From the NCBI GenBank assembly GCA_028534125.1, contig CM052816.1, forward strand, positions 78,804,001-78,868,000: a stretch of 64,000 nucleotides of DNA, read 5' to 3'. Below, piece after piece: positions 24,236 through 37,184 of this stretch. Source of the stretch: Lama glama (lineage: Eukaryota). The position numbers and the translations under genes are program-made. The notes below the pieces were generated by a model. It saw nothing but the letters and a program-made list of their open reading frames with translations. It was not told where the DNA came from and ran no database searches. The first letter of the stretch is position 1. Each line of letters begins with the position of its first letter.

Positions 24236-25572
24236 CATGTGTGAGAGCAGCTCTCTGTCTCTGATTTTGTTTAGACAAGCAGATGTATGCAAGAAAATCA
24301 TCAAAGGAGCATCTGCCAAAGGGATTGGGGCAGCACTGTTGTGGGTCTCCTCCATGGGTGACAAGCTCGGGCTCAGAGAGAGAAGAGGAAACAGTTTTAT
24401 GATGCTAATGTGCTCGCTTTTATTTTTTACTGCTGTTGCTACTGGTAGCCCTCGGTGGGATGCTTCCTTTGAAGTCTCCAGGATGAACAAGACCTAAACC
24501 AGCCTCCACTAGGCTGCCACCCGACAGAGGCCACACTCTGCAGTCCTTGGCCGAGGACACGGGAAGTCGGGGTCTCACAGCACACTTTTCTTTGTGCAAA
24601 GCTGGCTGCTGGCCTTTTGGGGAGTGACCCTTGACATCATTAGTACCAGTGAGTGTGGCCAAGTGGACCCACCCACTCAGACCAGAACAGCAGTGACATA
24701 ATAACCACTGACGTTTCGCAACTTCTTCAATCTTCCAGGAAGCGGGCAAGCTTTGGGAGGGGAGGATGTCTTTCCCCCGTGGCTCATCCTTGGAGCCCAC
24801 ACCAAACAACTGCTGGACTAGTATTTACTGAATAGCAGCAGGGACTCTGAGCAAGGTCCATACAGGGCCTAAATGACATGGACCAGGGACAAGGAGCCCC
24901 TCTAATCCACGTGATTGGACTGGGTCACAATGTCCCTGCCTGGACTCTCATTCACGGGAGAAAAGCCACATCTATCCCAGCCAGGGAGGTCCTGGGGAGA
25001 AGCAGCAGGTGCCGAGAGGAGTGCTGAGGGCTTCCGCATCCTCACCAGGCCCCTGCTTGGAACCGGCACATCTTCTGTTTGCTGTTGTGATGAAGGAAAC
25101 AAGAGTGAGGGCCGCAGTGTGAATAGGAGCTGTGGGCCGATCCGAGTGGCCAGCTCCCTGGAAGCTTTGATCACACTGGCCTGCGTTTCTTTGGCTGCCA
25201 ACTTATTTGGATCCAGAAACGGCACGGCATTGCCTGGTATTCAAACTCTCTTTACCACACACTGGGAAATAATCCCAAACAGTCGGCGCTAGATGTGCCG
25301 CTGAGGTTTGGCGAGGTAAGGGGGTGGGAGGAGCAGAAGGGTGCAGGGCGATGAAAGAATTCAGAGTCAGGAGGAGACAACGAATGCTTTCTAATCTCCT
25401 TCCTCAGTGAAATCGCAAGCTCGCCATGGGCCCTGGGAAAGGAAGAATGAAGGCAGAGGGGGCAAAGAGAGAGTGGAAAGGCAAGAAAAAATCTTTAGTG
25501 AGAATGCAAACCTGGAGTAGAGAGGGAGAGAGTGCTGTGGCTCAGTTTTCACTCTTCTGGGATGCACACGTG

Positions 25573-25601
25573 TACACACACACACACACAGACACACACA
25601 C
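25573..25601. repeat. (CA)n microsatellite, one interruption
   Basis: Direct reading. Confidence 0.9.
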
Positions 25602-27379
25602 CTCTTTGCCAGCTCCCAGCCTGCAAGTTAGCCAAGAATTAATTTTTAGATTGTGCATCTTAAGCATCCTCTTAAAATATAATTGCCTTACCTTAAACCA
25701 CATTAATGTGTTTGTACCATACATAGATGATTTCATGTTGACTTATTTTTCCCCTCTTAGCCACGCTTTGGACCTATAATTGAACATAAACGTTTTTCAT
25801 GGCTGAGAAACTAGTGTTTTGTGTATTTCCTAGTGCCCCGCCCTGCAGGACCACACGTGCTCCTTTGACATACCAGGTGCTTCATAGATGCCTGCTTGGT
25901 GATGTCCTCGTGGGAAGGAAGCATTCGTGGCTTTCCTGGGTGGTGTCTGTGAGTAGCTAGGTTTGGCCAGAGACCCAGCAGCAGTTCTGCCTGTGTGAGC
26001 TTTGCCTTGGGTTCCAGAATGTTCAGCCCCCATCACAGTCACCTGGTCCCACGAGCTTTGGCGTCTTCTATCAGCATGTTCCCCCTCTGGCCCGGCTGTA
26101 GCTTGGAACCCTGCAATAGAACCGCCCTTGGGATAGCTTTTCCAGGCCCCAGTTCTAAGTGACACTGTGTTCTTCTGGTATTTCTGCTATTTTGACTTAC
26201 TTGGCTGGGACCCAGCGAAGGCCTCTGTAACCCTGTTCTCTGAGCCAAGGAACGTCATGTTATAGTAAAGTTCCGGTGAAATGAAAACACCCAACTGCGT
26301 GTTTTGAAGAGAAGTTCAGAAAATTCTCTGAGTCTTCTGAGCTTGCCATGTGGGGAAAACTTTTTATTTCCCCACCAGCCCCACCCACACTGATTAATGA
26401 GATTCCCCACTCACTCAGAGCCGCATTCCAGTCTCCTCCCCAGCTCCTAGGGAGAGGGCACACACACCTGGCTGTGGCCACGCCTCCTTAGGTTTACACC
26501 CCAAAGAGTTCCTAAGGAAACCTGACAACACTGTGAATGAAAGAGAGGCTCAAGCTGTTACAGACTCACGACTTGCTTTACCATCTCGGACTCGGCCTGG
26601 CAAACACTAACCCAGGAGAGGGCGGAGGCCCTGCGTCAGTACCTCTAGAGAACAGGGACAGACTTCAGGGTTTTTGGTTCTGGGAAATGATAAATCCCGC
26701 TGGTGATGGGAGAAGACTGAGTCTTCCCAGCTAGAACTTGGCTTGGCATGTGTGAGTGCAGCTAGAGCAGGTAGAAGTCCAGCTGGAACTTGGTCCTGCC
26801 CCCCAGGAGGCCCGTGAGGCCCTTCTCAGAGGAAAGATGCTTCTGCCTGGCCTTGAGAATTCTGGTGCTTTGGAGAGGCTGGGGGTGTCTCCCCACTTGG
26901 CGGCTATGTTCCCTGGAATCAAACTCCCAAGGACTGGAATTTACTGTAGAGGGTTGGGGTGGGGATATTTGCTGGGACACTCAGGGTTATAAAAGTCCTG
27001 GAGAGCAGGAGGTTCTGACTTCTTTTGTCTGGATGTTTAATGTGTTACCACAGCCTTTATCCTAGTTCTTCTAGACTTTGGAGTACTTAAGCATTATCTG
27101 AGAAGCTTGTCAAAAAGGCAGAACCCCTGACCCCTGTTCCTAGAGATTCTGGCTGAGGACCAGCTGAGGCCCACCTGGGACTCTGGCTCAGAAAGTCGAC
27201 AGCCTACGCTGTGAGAATTCAACCTTTGTCAGCTCCAGGGGGAGACACTGCTCCTCAGAGCCTTTCATCACCCTTACCACCCCCATCTGGAGAATATGCA
27301 CTGTCTAATGGTCCAGGTTCAAGTCACTGCAAAGCCAACTGGTTCCCCACTAGACCCTGTAAGTTTCCAAGGACCCCAG

Positions 27380-27540
27380 TGCCGGCAAGATATGGGGACA
27401 GCATGTGACTCTTGAACACCTGAAATGTAAATAGACTAAGGAACCAAAGATTTCCTTTTGTTGCATTTTAACTAACTTGAACTTAAATGCAAATAGTTAT
27501 ATATGAGTCCAGTGTCTACGTGTTGGGTAAGGCAGAACTA
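27380..27540. mobile_element. MER3/MER33-like hAT MITE fragment
   Basis: catgtgactcttgaacacctgaaatgt...gaacttaaatgcaaatagttata. Confidence 0.5.
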
Positions 27541-27899
27541 GAGGGGGAAGAACCTGATCAGCTCCTGGGCCTGGATCAGGTCACTTTTCATCAGCCGCAT
27601 TGGGAAACACCAAGTCTAAGAGCTGGGAGAGCCTGGACATGTACCTAGAACAACTCGGACGGCATGTGAGACTGACCACCTCTCCACCCCTCCCTGCACC
27701 CTGCATGGTACCGACCGCTGTAATCACCAGTCTGCTTCCACTCTCTGAGGCCCTATCCTGGGAAAGGTTATGTTGCCTTTTCAGTAATCGTGGGAGACAA
27801 ACAACGGGGCTACTTGCCACTGAGAATGGGCAAAATTGATGGTGATAATAAAGCCAAACCTTGGGGCTATTGGAACAGCACTGTCTGACCAAACTCAGC

Positions 27900-28065
27900 A
27901 GGATGGTGCAGAGGTGAAGAACCTGGGCCCCAAAGCCCAGAGCCTTGCCCCTACTACTCGCCATCTTCTACACAGCCCTGAGCAAGTCACTTAACTTCTC
28001 TAAACTTTAGTTTCTTCATGTCTAGAATAGCAATAATTACAAAGTTCCAACCTCATGGGATTGCA
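27900..28065 (+). mobile_element. MIR
   Basis: ccctgagcaagtcacttaacttctctaaactttagtttcttcatgtct. Confidence 0.8.
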
Positions 28066-28071
28066 AAAAGT

Positions 28072-28321
28072 CAGCAGTTCTCAAATTCTTTGGTTTTCTG
28101 ACTCCTTTACATTCTTAAAAATTAATGAGGACTCACGGACATAGAAAACAAACTTGTGGTTACCAGGCAAAAAGTGGGGTGGTGGAGGGATAAAATGGGA
28201 GTTGGGGATTTGCAGATACTAACTACTGTATATAAAATAGATAAACAAATTCCTACTGTACAGCACAGAGAACTGTATTCAATACCTTGTAATAGCCTAT
28301 TATGAAAAAGAATATGAAAAG

Positions 28322-28374
<53 letters not shown>

Positions 28375-29160
28375 ACTGAGTCACTATGCTGTACACCAGA
28401 AATTAACACAACATGGTAAACTGACAATACTTCAATAAAAAAAGTTAATGAGGACTCCTTCTAGAACTTGTCTTTGTGGGTAAGAGGGTCATATCTATTA
28501 ATGCATATTGTATTAGAAATTAAAAATAAGAACATTAAAACATATTCATTTAAATGTAGCAAGAATAAAACCGTTAAATATTAATATAACATGTTTTTGT
28601 GAAAAAATTAGCATGTTTTTCAAAACAAAAAGTAATTAGTGAAAAGTGTGACATTGTTTTACATTTGTGAGGATCTCTTTCCGGTCTGGCTCACTAGAAG
28701 ACAGCTAAGTTCTCATCTCTGCTTCTGCATTCCATCTGCTACAATATTTGTTTTGGTTGAAGTTTATGATGAAAATCTGGCCTCACTCAGGTATTTAGTG
28801 AGAAAAGAGAGGAATTTTTTTCATAGTCTTTTTAAATAATTGTGACTATCTTTCTTTGATGTTGCACAAAGCCTGAAAAGTGAGAACTTATTAAAGATTA
28901 GTTGCGTTGTGGAATCTGAAGCATATCAACAAGCTTTTCATGTTTTTTTACGCTACAATCTATTACTCTATGATGCACTTTTAATGTATCTTTTACCCAT
29001 GTATAATTTTGTAAAAAAGATACATTAGCAGAAAATATTGATTCATTAAGTCATTCTGATTTTCCAAATGCTATCATATTTATTATGTCTTGTCAAAATA
29101 TCACATTTGTTAATACCACTAATCAGAAGATGTTTTCAAGTACTAGAAATTTTCTAGAAC
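28072..29160. mobile_element. Charlie1-like hAT DNA transposon fragment, interrupted by L1
   Basis: cagcagttctcaaattctttggt...ctttacattcttaaaaatt..gaggactcc and gtgaaaagtgtgacattgttttacattt Charlie1 motifs. Confidence 0.8.
28135..28443 (+). mobile_element. L1 3'UTR insertion with internal (TA)n (28324-28368)
   Basis: Perfect 13-bp TSD ttaatgaggactc at 28122-28134 and 28445-28457. Confidence 0.95.
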
Positions 29161-29574
29161 AATAGTGTTTGCAGTGGGCTAGAGAATCTTGGATTTATCC
29201 AAAAAATAAATCAAGATGGAAGATGGCAATTAATGGCATCAGTTTTTTTGGTCACTCTGTGATTATTGTCTTTTTAATAGTTTTAGTATGTTTAGTATGC
29301 TTACATTTGGAAAAACTCCATGGGACAAATGTCTATTCTTTACTCAATAACCCAAGATATTGAATTACCTTCTTCTGTAATTTCTAGAGAGTTCAGACAT
29401 GAAGCACTATATAGAAATAATCATAAAGAATAATCAGATTAATTGTAGAGGATATCTCAGCACATAGTTAAAATGATTTTGACTTCTATATAGCGAAAAA
29501 AGTAGGATGATTTGTTCAGAAGACAGGTGGGTACTGACGCCCAAAACTGTGGGCTGATTTGGGGATTATTTCAC

Positions 29575-30008
29575 TGATCTAATACTGCATAACAAATTAC
29601 TTCAAAACTAAGTGGCTTAATGGGAGAGAATCATTTATCATTTCTTGTGACTTCTGCAGGTCAGGAATCTGGGATGAGTTTATCTGGGCAGTTCTGGCTA
29701 AGGGACCGCGTGAGATTTCAGTCAGATGCTGGTTCTTGGCAGGAGGTCTCAGTTCCTCACCATGTGGACATCTCCATAAAGCTCCTGGAGTGTCTTAATC
29801 CATGGTGGCTGGCTTCCCCCAGAGCAAACGATCTAAGAGAGGGAAGCCACATGTCTTTGATGACACAGCCTCAGACATGGCACATGTCACTTCTGCAATA
29901 TCCTATTGGTTATACAGGTCAGCCCTTAGTATATAGGAGAGACCCCACGAGGTATGACTGTGAGTAAGAGAGAATCATTGGGGGCCATCATGGAGACGGA
30001 GTACCACA
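29575..30008 (-). mobile_element. MaLR LTR (MLT1F/H-like)
   Basis: ctgcataacaaattacttcaaaactaagtggcttaa...ggctggcttcccccagagcaa...ttgggggccatcatggagacggagtaccaca. Confidence 0.85.
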
Positions 30009-30009
30009 G

Positions 30010-31095
30010 ATACCTGTATTAGGTCTAAGATTGCTTTTCCACCTGCAGAGCCTTTATCTAGCCTCCATTATCCAGGCACTCACAGAATACCTGTCCACAG
30101 GTGTGGAACCCCACACAGTGGAGCATCTGACCAGGGAACCCACTTCAGAGTGAAGGAGGTGTGGGAGTGGGACCACGATGTTGGGGTCCAATTTTGTATC
30201 ACACATTGCACCATCCAGAAGCAGCTGGTTTCTTGGAAAGGTGGAAGAGGCATCTAAGATTGCAGTTGATGATCCAGCTCAGAGGCAACACTCTGTGATG
30301 ATGGGGGTACCATTCTTCAGCATGTAGTGTATGCATTAAGTCATAGACCTCTGTATCTGTGTCTTCAGTAGGAAGAACAAATGGATCTGGGAACCAAGGG
30401 TCAGAACAGGAGTGGCTTATTGTGGATTTTCTGTTTCCTGTCCCTACAAGTCTGATCTCTGTAGGGTTGAAGATCCTGGTTCCCCAAAGGGATGCTTGCC
30501 ATTGGACAAGGTTCCCATTGAACTACAAGTTACAGTTGTGCCAAGTTCCAGCAGGCAAGAAGAAAGTCATCATACTGACAGGGGCAGTTGACTATTAGTT
30601 TGGGTCCTCTGAGAAGCAGACACCAAGACAGGACATGTAGGGTTTTATTGGAGCAAAAGTCTAGGAAAAAAAAAAAAGAGTCATGTGAGGCTGGGAGAGT
30701 GATCAGACTGTGATGTAAATGTGACCCTGAATGAAACAGAGAGAACGAAGGTTAAGTGAGACAGTCCTAGACGGCTGTGCAGTCCTAGGAAGTTTCAACA
30801 AGGCCAGTGGGGAGCCCTTGACCTGAAATCAGTCATCAGAGGAGTCCCATGTATCCCAAGAAGGACCCTCCATAGTGTCCCTGCCGTGCTCAGTCATTGA
30901 CCAGGGGCAGCCTGTGGAAAGCACAGCTTCAGACTTCAGAGCCAGCAGCCGGGGCGCATGGTCAGTTAAACCATCGGTAGCTGGACTTCTGCTGGGTGCA
31001 CTCTCATGGCTGTCACAGTGACTGAGCAGCAGGAGAAGGTAGGACCGCTTTTACACAAGAAGGTTACGTTTGTAACCTCTTGGTACTTCCTTGCA
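30010..31095 (+). pseudogene. Second ERVL integrase-dUTPase remnant, split by LTR33
   Basis: ASDQGTHFRVKEVWEW, HHPEAAGFLERWK, GSGNQG, FLFPVPTSL..GLKILVP, KKVIILTGAVD; resumes after 31017. Confidence 0.88.
30590..31017 (-). mobile_element. LTR33-like ERVL solo LTR
   Basis: ttagtttgggtcctctgagaagcagacaccaagaca...gtgctcagtcattgacc...catggctgtcaca. Confidence 0.75.
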
Positions 31096-31196
31096 GCATT
31101 ACAGCTGTGACCATAAGAATATACATACATACTTATCTGTATAGGATTATAAAACCATGAAGAAAAAGATAGAAGGATACAAATTAACTTGTGGAT

Positions 31197-31580
31197 GTGG
31201 TATGGCAGTTAATGTTGATTTGTTGATCCAAGTCCATTCCCAATTCCCTTTTCCCTAGCCACTTTCCAGCCAGGGATGGCCATGTGACACAGTTCTGGCT
31301 TAAAAAAGAAGCCTAAATTGCACCCCAAAAGGAGTATGAAAGAAATGATGAGCAGAGAAATAAGTAAGCATTGACTTGAAACAGCAACAATAAGAGCCAA
31401 TGCTACTGGTTGTCCTGACTTCCTTCCTCCTGCTTCCTGCTTGGGATGTGGGCTTGATGCATGAAGCTGCAGCAGCCATCTTGAGGCCATGAAGGACGGA
31501 CCCAAAGAACTGGCAGTAGCAGAGTATCTCCAGAACTTTTTATTATGACAAGAAAACTAAATATCTTTTGTTTTGCTCAT
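31197..31580 (+). mobile_element. Old MaLR LTR (MLT1J/K/L-like)
   Basis: gggatggccatgtgacacagttctggc, gctgcagcagccatcttgaggccatga. Confidence 0.75.
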
Positions 31581-32301
31581 AATAAATGTGTATCTTATCA
31601 TACACACAGGACATCTTTGGGCATGGGTGTGTATGTGGGGGAAGAGGTAAGTCCAGACAGAAAAGAAAATGTAAGACCACTTAAAAAACCATGTACATAA
31701 TCAGTGTGTAATCATTTACATGCATAGCCTGGTATATGTTTTGATATATGTAAAAATAAGTAAAATGATTAAACATTAAAAAGGTAAATAACATTGTTCA
31801 TTTAATCTGCTTTAAACTTTAGTTGCATAATATTAGTTCTATATTTAAAAATTCTTTTCCTTAGTCATGCCTCATTAAAAAATTTTTAATATTTATATAT
31901 ATATTTTTTTCTGTGTCAGATGTTGATTTTACTTACCTTAAAAAAAGAATCTTATATTTTGTTGACCTTAATTGTTTATTTTCTAATTCATTAAATCCTC
32001 ACTTATCTTTGTCATTTCCTTCCTTCTGCTGTATTTGGGATACTTCACTTTCTGAGTTGAATGCTCAGTAATAATTGTCAGATTTCATTCTTTTTAAATG
32101 CAGTAAATCCTGGCCAAAACATGAATTTTGTTCTACTGTTGGTGTGGGCTCCCATTGTCTGCCCAGGCCCTGTTCTTAAGAGGAAGGTGGATTAAAATTC
32201 TCATCTATTGTGTAGGTGGGAGGGGGCTGGGCAGAGGTGAAACCTCAGGTAATGGAGGTGGGTCTTCAGCCTCCACCCAGAAATCTCCCAGTAGACAGTC
32301 A

Positions 32302-32315
32302 CCAGCAGGTGGCGC
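32302..32315 (+). promoter_or_regulatory. Consensus CTCF core motif
   Basis: CCAGCAGGTGGCGC matches CCASYAGRKGGCRS at all positions; binding not shown. Confidence 0.7.
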
Positions 32316-32399
32316 CAAACCTTAACAGGGACTGAGATGAATTTAGAATTTGATTCTCTAAGGGGATCCAGAACTCCTTGCCCACGTGCTGCTGATGCT

Positions 32400-32500
32400 G
32401 GTGGTGCGTCTTCTTCTCCTTGTGCTCCTTCTTCTCCTTCTCCTTCTTCTCCTTTCATCTTTCTTCTATTTTCTTCTTTTCTTTTCTTTTTTTTTTATCG
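32400..32500. repeat. CT-rich low-complexity tract
   Basis: (TTC/CTCCTT)-like degenerate repeats. Confidence 0.85.
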
Positions 32501-34069
32501 TTTGTTTTCATTACACTATTCCTCCACCTCCTTCTATTAGCTTGAAAATATTTCTTGTATTTCAAATATTTTACTGGCTACAGTAAAACTTCAATCATGG
32601 GTACTTTACTAGCCATTCAATATTTCTTTGTTTTCCTTCCCCAAAATACAAGGGTTTAAAATACCTCCTCGCATTTTCCATGGTATTGTTCCTTAGTGTT
32701 ATAATTTAATTTGCTTTTGTTGCTTCCATATTGGCTCATATTACTGCTGTTGTTTTAAGTCAATGCTTACTTATTTTTCTGCTCATGATTTCTTCATACT
32801 TCTTTAGGGCTTCAATTTTGGCTTCTTTCTGAAACATCAAATTAGTAGTTTTTTCAGCAATGGATGTCAGTGAAAAAAATTTTAGCCTCATTTTTGAAAA
32901 CATCTTTATTTCACCTTCTTCTGGAACAATAGTTTAGTTGGATATAAGAGAAACTCTTCTATTGTTGCTAATGATAATTCTGAGTTCAGCCTAATTGTCA
33001 TTTCTTTTTAGGTTGTTTCTCTTTTCAGGAGCTTTTAAGAGTTTCTTTTTTTGTTTAGAAGTTTGACTGCAATGTATGTAGCCATGTGACTTTTTTGTTT
33101 GTTTTTCTTTTATGCTGCTTAGGATTCAGTGGCACTTCTTAAATTCTGGAAAATTCCCAAACATAATTTCTTTTGAGTTTCTTCTAACCCCCTTCCCTCC
33201 TTTCTCTTTTGGACTTGATGTTCGATTTAGATGTAAAATTCCAAATATATTAGTCAACACCTCTCCCCCACCCCCCATGCTTCTTAAACTATCTTTAATA
33301 TTTTCTGTGTTCTTATCTTTCTATGTTTCATTCTGGGTGACTTTCTTAAATCAATCTACCAATTCTCTAGTTCTTTTTAAGTGTATCTAACCTGCTATTT
33401 AATTTGACTTAAAATTTTTAACGATTACACTTTTCAGTTCTAGAAGTTCTATTTGTTAATATCTTGCTTGAAATTCTGACAGCATGTGGGTAGTTTAAAT
33501 TCATACCCCATACCCAGATTGGGTTTGAGATTTTTCACAGGTTGTATTTTTTTCCCACCCAGAGCCCCGAAAAGCAGCTTTTACTTCCTTTTTGCTTCTC
33601 TGGGCAGTAGACAGTGTTCTTTTAGTTCTTCTTTAAAGTCCTGGAAGCATTTTCAAGGGTCCCAGTTTTAAGCAGAAGCCTCAGTTCCAGCCTGAACTGC
33701 TTCTAGGCCAAATTTACCATGGGGCCTGTATCCAGGCCTGGTTCTTTCCTGGTCCCTCACGTGTCAGCTGGAGCTTACATCTCTGGTTTTGAATTTCCTT
33801 TTTGTTTCTGGCACCTGGAAACTGTCTTGGCTTTCTTTCAGGCTATGGATTTTAAAGTTGTAAAATATTTATCCAACGTTTATATGTGTTTGTAGTGGGA
33901 GGGAGTCTTTGTTGAGTCAGGCTGCTGTACTATCAGCATTGAAAACCTTACTTTGGTTATGCATTTCTCACTTAAATTAATCTGGGCAACCCCCACCAAC
34001 CTCATACCCCAAGGAACTTGGACAAGCCAGGAGCAGAAAGTTGTCTACCTGAGTTTCTTTTTCCATTTC

Positions 34070-34245
34070 TTTCTTTCTTTCTTTCCTTATTTTTAAACGT
34101 TTCTTTACAATGTATTTAAAAAAAATTTTTTTGGAGAGGTAATTAAGTTTATTTATTATTATTTTTTTAATGGAGGTACTGGGGATTGAACCCAAGACCT
34201 TGTGCATGCTAAGCATGCACTCTACCACTGAGCTACTTTTTCCAC
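34070..34245 (-). mobile_element. tRNA-Ala-derived SINE (vic-1-like), long form
   Basis: tRNA head plus extra 3' segment; perfect 15-bp TSD ttctttttccatttc at 34055-34069 and 34246-34260. Confidence 0.93.
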
Positions 34246-34439
34246 TTCTTTTTCCATTTCATTTGCCTCATTTCTCAGAAACAAACACAGAAGGATGGCG
34301 CTGGGAGGGACTTTGCCATCCTCCAGTCTATATGCTCATTAATCAGATGAGGAAGCAAGCTCTAGCTGGGACTCTGGATTTTGGATTCTTCATCTGGAAC
34401 ACATTCAAATTCACTCTCTGGAGCCGAGTATAGAAAAGC

Positions 34440-34630
34440 GAGCCCTGGACTTGGAATCAGAAAACTGAGATTTGCAGCCCAGGTTTGCCAGTTACCAGCT
34501 GTTTGATCTTGGACGAGTGACTTAGCCCCTTTGAGACCCAGCGTGTTCCCTATAAACTGGAGGAAGTGTGCATGGGCTTTTTGCTTCAGCAGGTGTGGAA
34601 GCTCCTGATATGTCGTAGACATTCAATAAT
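34440..34630 (+). mobile_element. MIR
   Basis: ctggacttggaatcagaaaactgag...gatcttggacgagtgacttagcccctttgagacccag. Confidence 0.75.
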
Positions 34631-34993
34631 TGGTTTCTTTCTTCTTATGATAAAGTTCCCTCATGTCCCCTCTTGGAGACATCTCCTTACAGCTGTTCAT
34701 TCTCACAGAATCTGCCTGGAAACAGCTTACAAAATACCTGGACATTTATCAAACTAGAAGGTGTAAAATTGGGATACAGGAGGTTATTTTCCCATTCCTC
34801 TTCTCCCATTGCATACCGAAACTTGGTTCCCAAAGTCTAAGGTAAATCTCTGTGACAGTTTCATAAAGGCTGTATGTACAATTGTCAGTGCAGCCATTGC
34901 AGTCTTCACTGGTTTTTATTCGGGCTTTATTCTGAGTTCACTGGCCCCTGACTTTCTTGGGGTGATCACAGAGTGATCACTGGTGATCTAGAC

Positions 34994-35211
34994 CAGGGGT
35001 TGCTGGCAAACTTAGTCTGTAATGGGCCAGATAGCAAGTATTTTAGGCTTTGAGAGTCACAAACGGTCTTCCGTTCCATGTTCTCTCTTTCTTTTTTTTT
35101 TTTTATTATTACAATCTTTTAGAAATGTAAGAGACATTCTTAACTCATGGACTGTACAAATTCATGGGCTGGATTTGGCCCACAGGTTTGGTCACAGTTT
35201 ACCAAACCCTG
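34994..35211 (+). mobile_element. MER58A-like hAT-Charlie MITE
   Basis: cagggg...ctgtaatgggccagatagcaagtattttaggcttt...ggatttggcccacagg...aaccctg; upstream atctagac is a Charlie-type target. Confidence 0.85.
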
Positions 35212-35504
35212 TCCTGGACTGGCACAGCCTCCTGACCACGTTCGTGAAGACTCTCTTGACGCCATGTCAGCAACTCTCACTCACCACTTGGGGGCACTTA
35301 GTCTAATTCCCCTTCCAGGTTCACACAAGAACTTGCACAGGGGGCAGCCTTCCTCCACCCCCCACCCCACCGGCTCCTGACCTTTCAGCCTAGTTCTCCT
35401 TGTCAGAAGGAAAGAGGGAGGCCCTCAGCACGTGGGCGCTCACTGAGTTTCCGTCCACGCAATGCCTTTCACCTTTTAATAAGTGATTTCCTAGGTGGGT
35501 AAAT

Positions 35505-35950
35505 GAATGCTTCCCAACATTTTCCATGTCATGGCATCTTTGGAAAATGATAGTAGTTTGTACAGCTCAGGGTTGTGGGGGGAGGTGGATAGATGAGGGA
35601 TGAACAGATGCAACTGCTCGTGCCGAGTCACCCAGGCTTAGAACTCCATCTGCCCCCCACGGGAGGTCTGATGGATCGATGTCTCCGCAAAACTGTTAGG
35701 GGTACAGCGCAATAGTTATGGGCATAATAAACACTGGAGTCAGGCAGTCCTATATTTAAATCCTAGCTTTGCTTCTTGCTAACTATATGAGCTTGGGCAA
35801 GCTTTGTAACCCTCTCTGTCTTAATTTTCTTCTCTGTAAAATGAGGATAATAATAAAAGTACCTAACTTGCAATGCCTATTTTACATATAAAAATGTGCA
35901 CATAATACATGCATGTAACTCCCTTCGCAAAGTGCTTTGTCATTAAGCCT
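35505..35950 (+). mobile_element. hAT MITE fragment (~35505-35700) followed by MIR (~35700-35950)
   Basis: ttccatgtcatggcatctttggaaaatgata; MIR ctggagtcaggcagtcc...ctgtaaaatgaggataataa. Confidence 0.7.
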
Positions 35951-37184
35951 AAGGAGTAGCATGCATTCTCCTCCTCTTTTCAGTGAATTGAAAATTTGCA
36001 TTCAATAAATTTTGTTTGTTGAAGAAAGTCTCTAGGAATTGATAACTTCTTGCCCAAACTTTAGACCAAATTTTTTATTATACAGATTTTTTCAATTTTT
36101 TTTAATATATAATTTGAAACCTTTATGGCCTGCATTTTTTGTGCATCTATTTTTGTTATTCAAAGGTAGAATGCCAAGGAGTTGCTGCCGGTGATACCCA
36201 GAGGTCACTCCGATGAGTTGGAATCTGTAGTTCTTTTGGGTCAGTGCCCTATTTTATAGACAATATAGTAAATGAGCTTATATGTCCCAGAAGTTCATAA
36301 AGAGTTAAAATGCAGTCATGTAGGGTAAAACTTAAACAGAAAGTCTGAGACGATATGAAAAAGCCTAGCATATGGTATGGGTTTGGTACATATTGGACAA
36401 AAACTTTGAATTAAGTAAAACTTGGGGTTGAACAGAGTATCCTCAGTGCCAACAATCAAGTCACTGATGACTACACTTTGCCGATGGATCTGCAGCTCAA
36501 CCACCTGTGGACAATCAACATTTGGCCGTGCCCAGAGTACTCCTCTATCTGCGAGGCAGCCAGCCCTGCCAGGGGTCCCGTGACACAGTGCAAGCAGGGG
36601 CGGTGGGAGACCAACAGTGTCAGGAAGTGAAGGATCACCTTACCACCGGAAACCACAGGAATCCCGGGCAGGCAGAAAGTAATCAGGAAAATTGCTTTTT
36701 GGCAAAGTGACACAGGTCAGATCTCTTGGCCTCAGGAAGAGCGTTCTGCGATCGGTTGTGACTTTAATCACATTCAGCCGCTCTGTGGTTATGGGATGGC
36801 TGGTTTGCAATGAGTTTGAAGTTTGAAGCCATCAGTTCATGTCTAGTACTTCATGGGGGTGAAGAAGTGGAAGATTTAGTTTCTTCACCTAAGATCGTAA
36901 CATTGGCTGGCAGGTCAGACTTTACACACATATAACACTTCAAGATGAAAAGTCTCAGGAGTCAGGAACTGCAGGCTAGATGTCCTCCAAATGGCTCTAA
37001 GAATCTACGATAAAAGTGATTTGTGAAATTCCAAATACTACACTCTCTTGAAAGTCACGAAGACATGACTGTGTTCAAGGAGCTGGGAAGTTCTGCAGTA
37101 AAGAATATTATGTAGTTTTGTTTAACCCTGAGTTTCAAAAATGTAGTTGACCTTGGTACCTCTCTTCCCCCCACCTCCTGCGGT

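Larger units (their letters stand above)
31900..33900 (-). mobile_element. Highly degraded L1ME-like fragments, interrupted by unique and low-complexity sequence at ~32120-32530
   Basis: tttgaaaacatctttatttcaccttc, aattctggaaaattcccaaacataatttctttt. Confidence 0.6.

Noticed and set aside
27231..27246. CTCF-like GCTCCAGGGGGAGAC (also weak matches near 20630, 22185 and 61382)
   Set aside because: Multiple mismatches at high-information positions.
32201..32586. Glu/Gly-rich and Leu/Phe-rich signal-peptide-like ORFs
   Set aside because: Generated by the CT-rich low-complexity tract.
34962..34988. Three GTGATC(AC) palindromic units
   Set aside because: Looks like a short local tandem duplication; too small to support a function.
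36460..36560. Possible C/D box snoRNA (TGATGA near 36467)
   Set aside because: Imperfect C box, no suitably placed CTGA D box and no terminal stem.
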